A DNA stretch of 33,043 nucleotides from an uncultured Clostridia bacterium. Its GTDB lineage: Bacteria > Bacillota > Clostridia > Oscillospirales > QAKW01. Below, one piece after another: positions 32,979 through 33,043 of the stretch. How positions within the stretch are numbered: position 1 is the stretch's first letter; every line of letters starts with the position of its first letter. A model generated the notes under the pieces. It searched no databases, was not told the origin of the DNA, and was given only the letters and a program-made list of their open reading frames with translations. A program made the translations under genes and the position numbers. Location of the stretch: assembly GCA_944387905.1 (NCBI GenBank), contig CALXGU010000001.1:1-33043 (forward strand). Direction: 5' to 3'.

Positions 32979-33043
32979 ACCTTAAGGGTAATAATTCATT
33001 GAGGCGAGAAGATTATAAGTCTTATCCGTCGCTTGCAATTATT

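Larger units (their letters stand above)
28346..33043. mobile_element. AT-rich accessory island (decayed integrative-element and defence remnant) starting at the guaA stop; right end outside the window
   Basis: Composition and codon third positions visibly shift toward A/T directly after 28345. Content is a tnpV fragment, scrambled gene junctions, mcrC and an mcrB pseudogene. No integrase or recombinase lies within the window. Confidence 0.5.

Overview
The window has two parts. Positions 1-28345 look like Firmicutes/Clostridia chromosomal backbone, judged from RNase Y, SLH-domain surface protein, DUF378, YpsA-like SLOG protein and Gram-positive SD sites. In order: oxidoreductase fragment, mltG, a DeoR regulator + GDPD-family gene divergent from rhaA-rhaD, a three-gene envelope operon of unknown function, DUF378, a MacB/FtsX-type ABC exporter, maa, an MBL hydrolase, an SLH-anchored double metallophosphoesterase, a MATE exporter, rny, uppP, ftsK, an OmpR/HK two-component pair with a coupled SLOG gene, and a guaA that encodes only the ATP-pyrophosphatase half. 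From the guaA stop codon (28345) to the right edge the sequence is visibly more AT-rich. That part is a decayed accessory island: a 5'-truncated tnpV, a YitT-family gene, an intact mcrC and an internally deleted, frameshifted mcrB. I found no CRISPR array, tRNA or rRNA, and no recognisable new protein-based system. The most unusual signal is non-coding. The 506-bp gap between the convergent mltG and deoR genes (1820-2325) has no credible ORF. It holds a strong orphan promoter, about 9 hairpins, four direct and one inverted copy of AGTGATATT placed exactly between hairpins, and two diverged inverted copies of one terminator module at its ends. It is a candidate novel structured RNA or MITE-like element. 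A second structured candidate (28502-28699) sits at the island edge. All calls come from reading the sequence and recalling family motifs; no searches were run.
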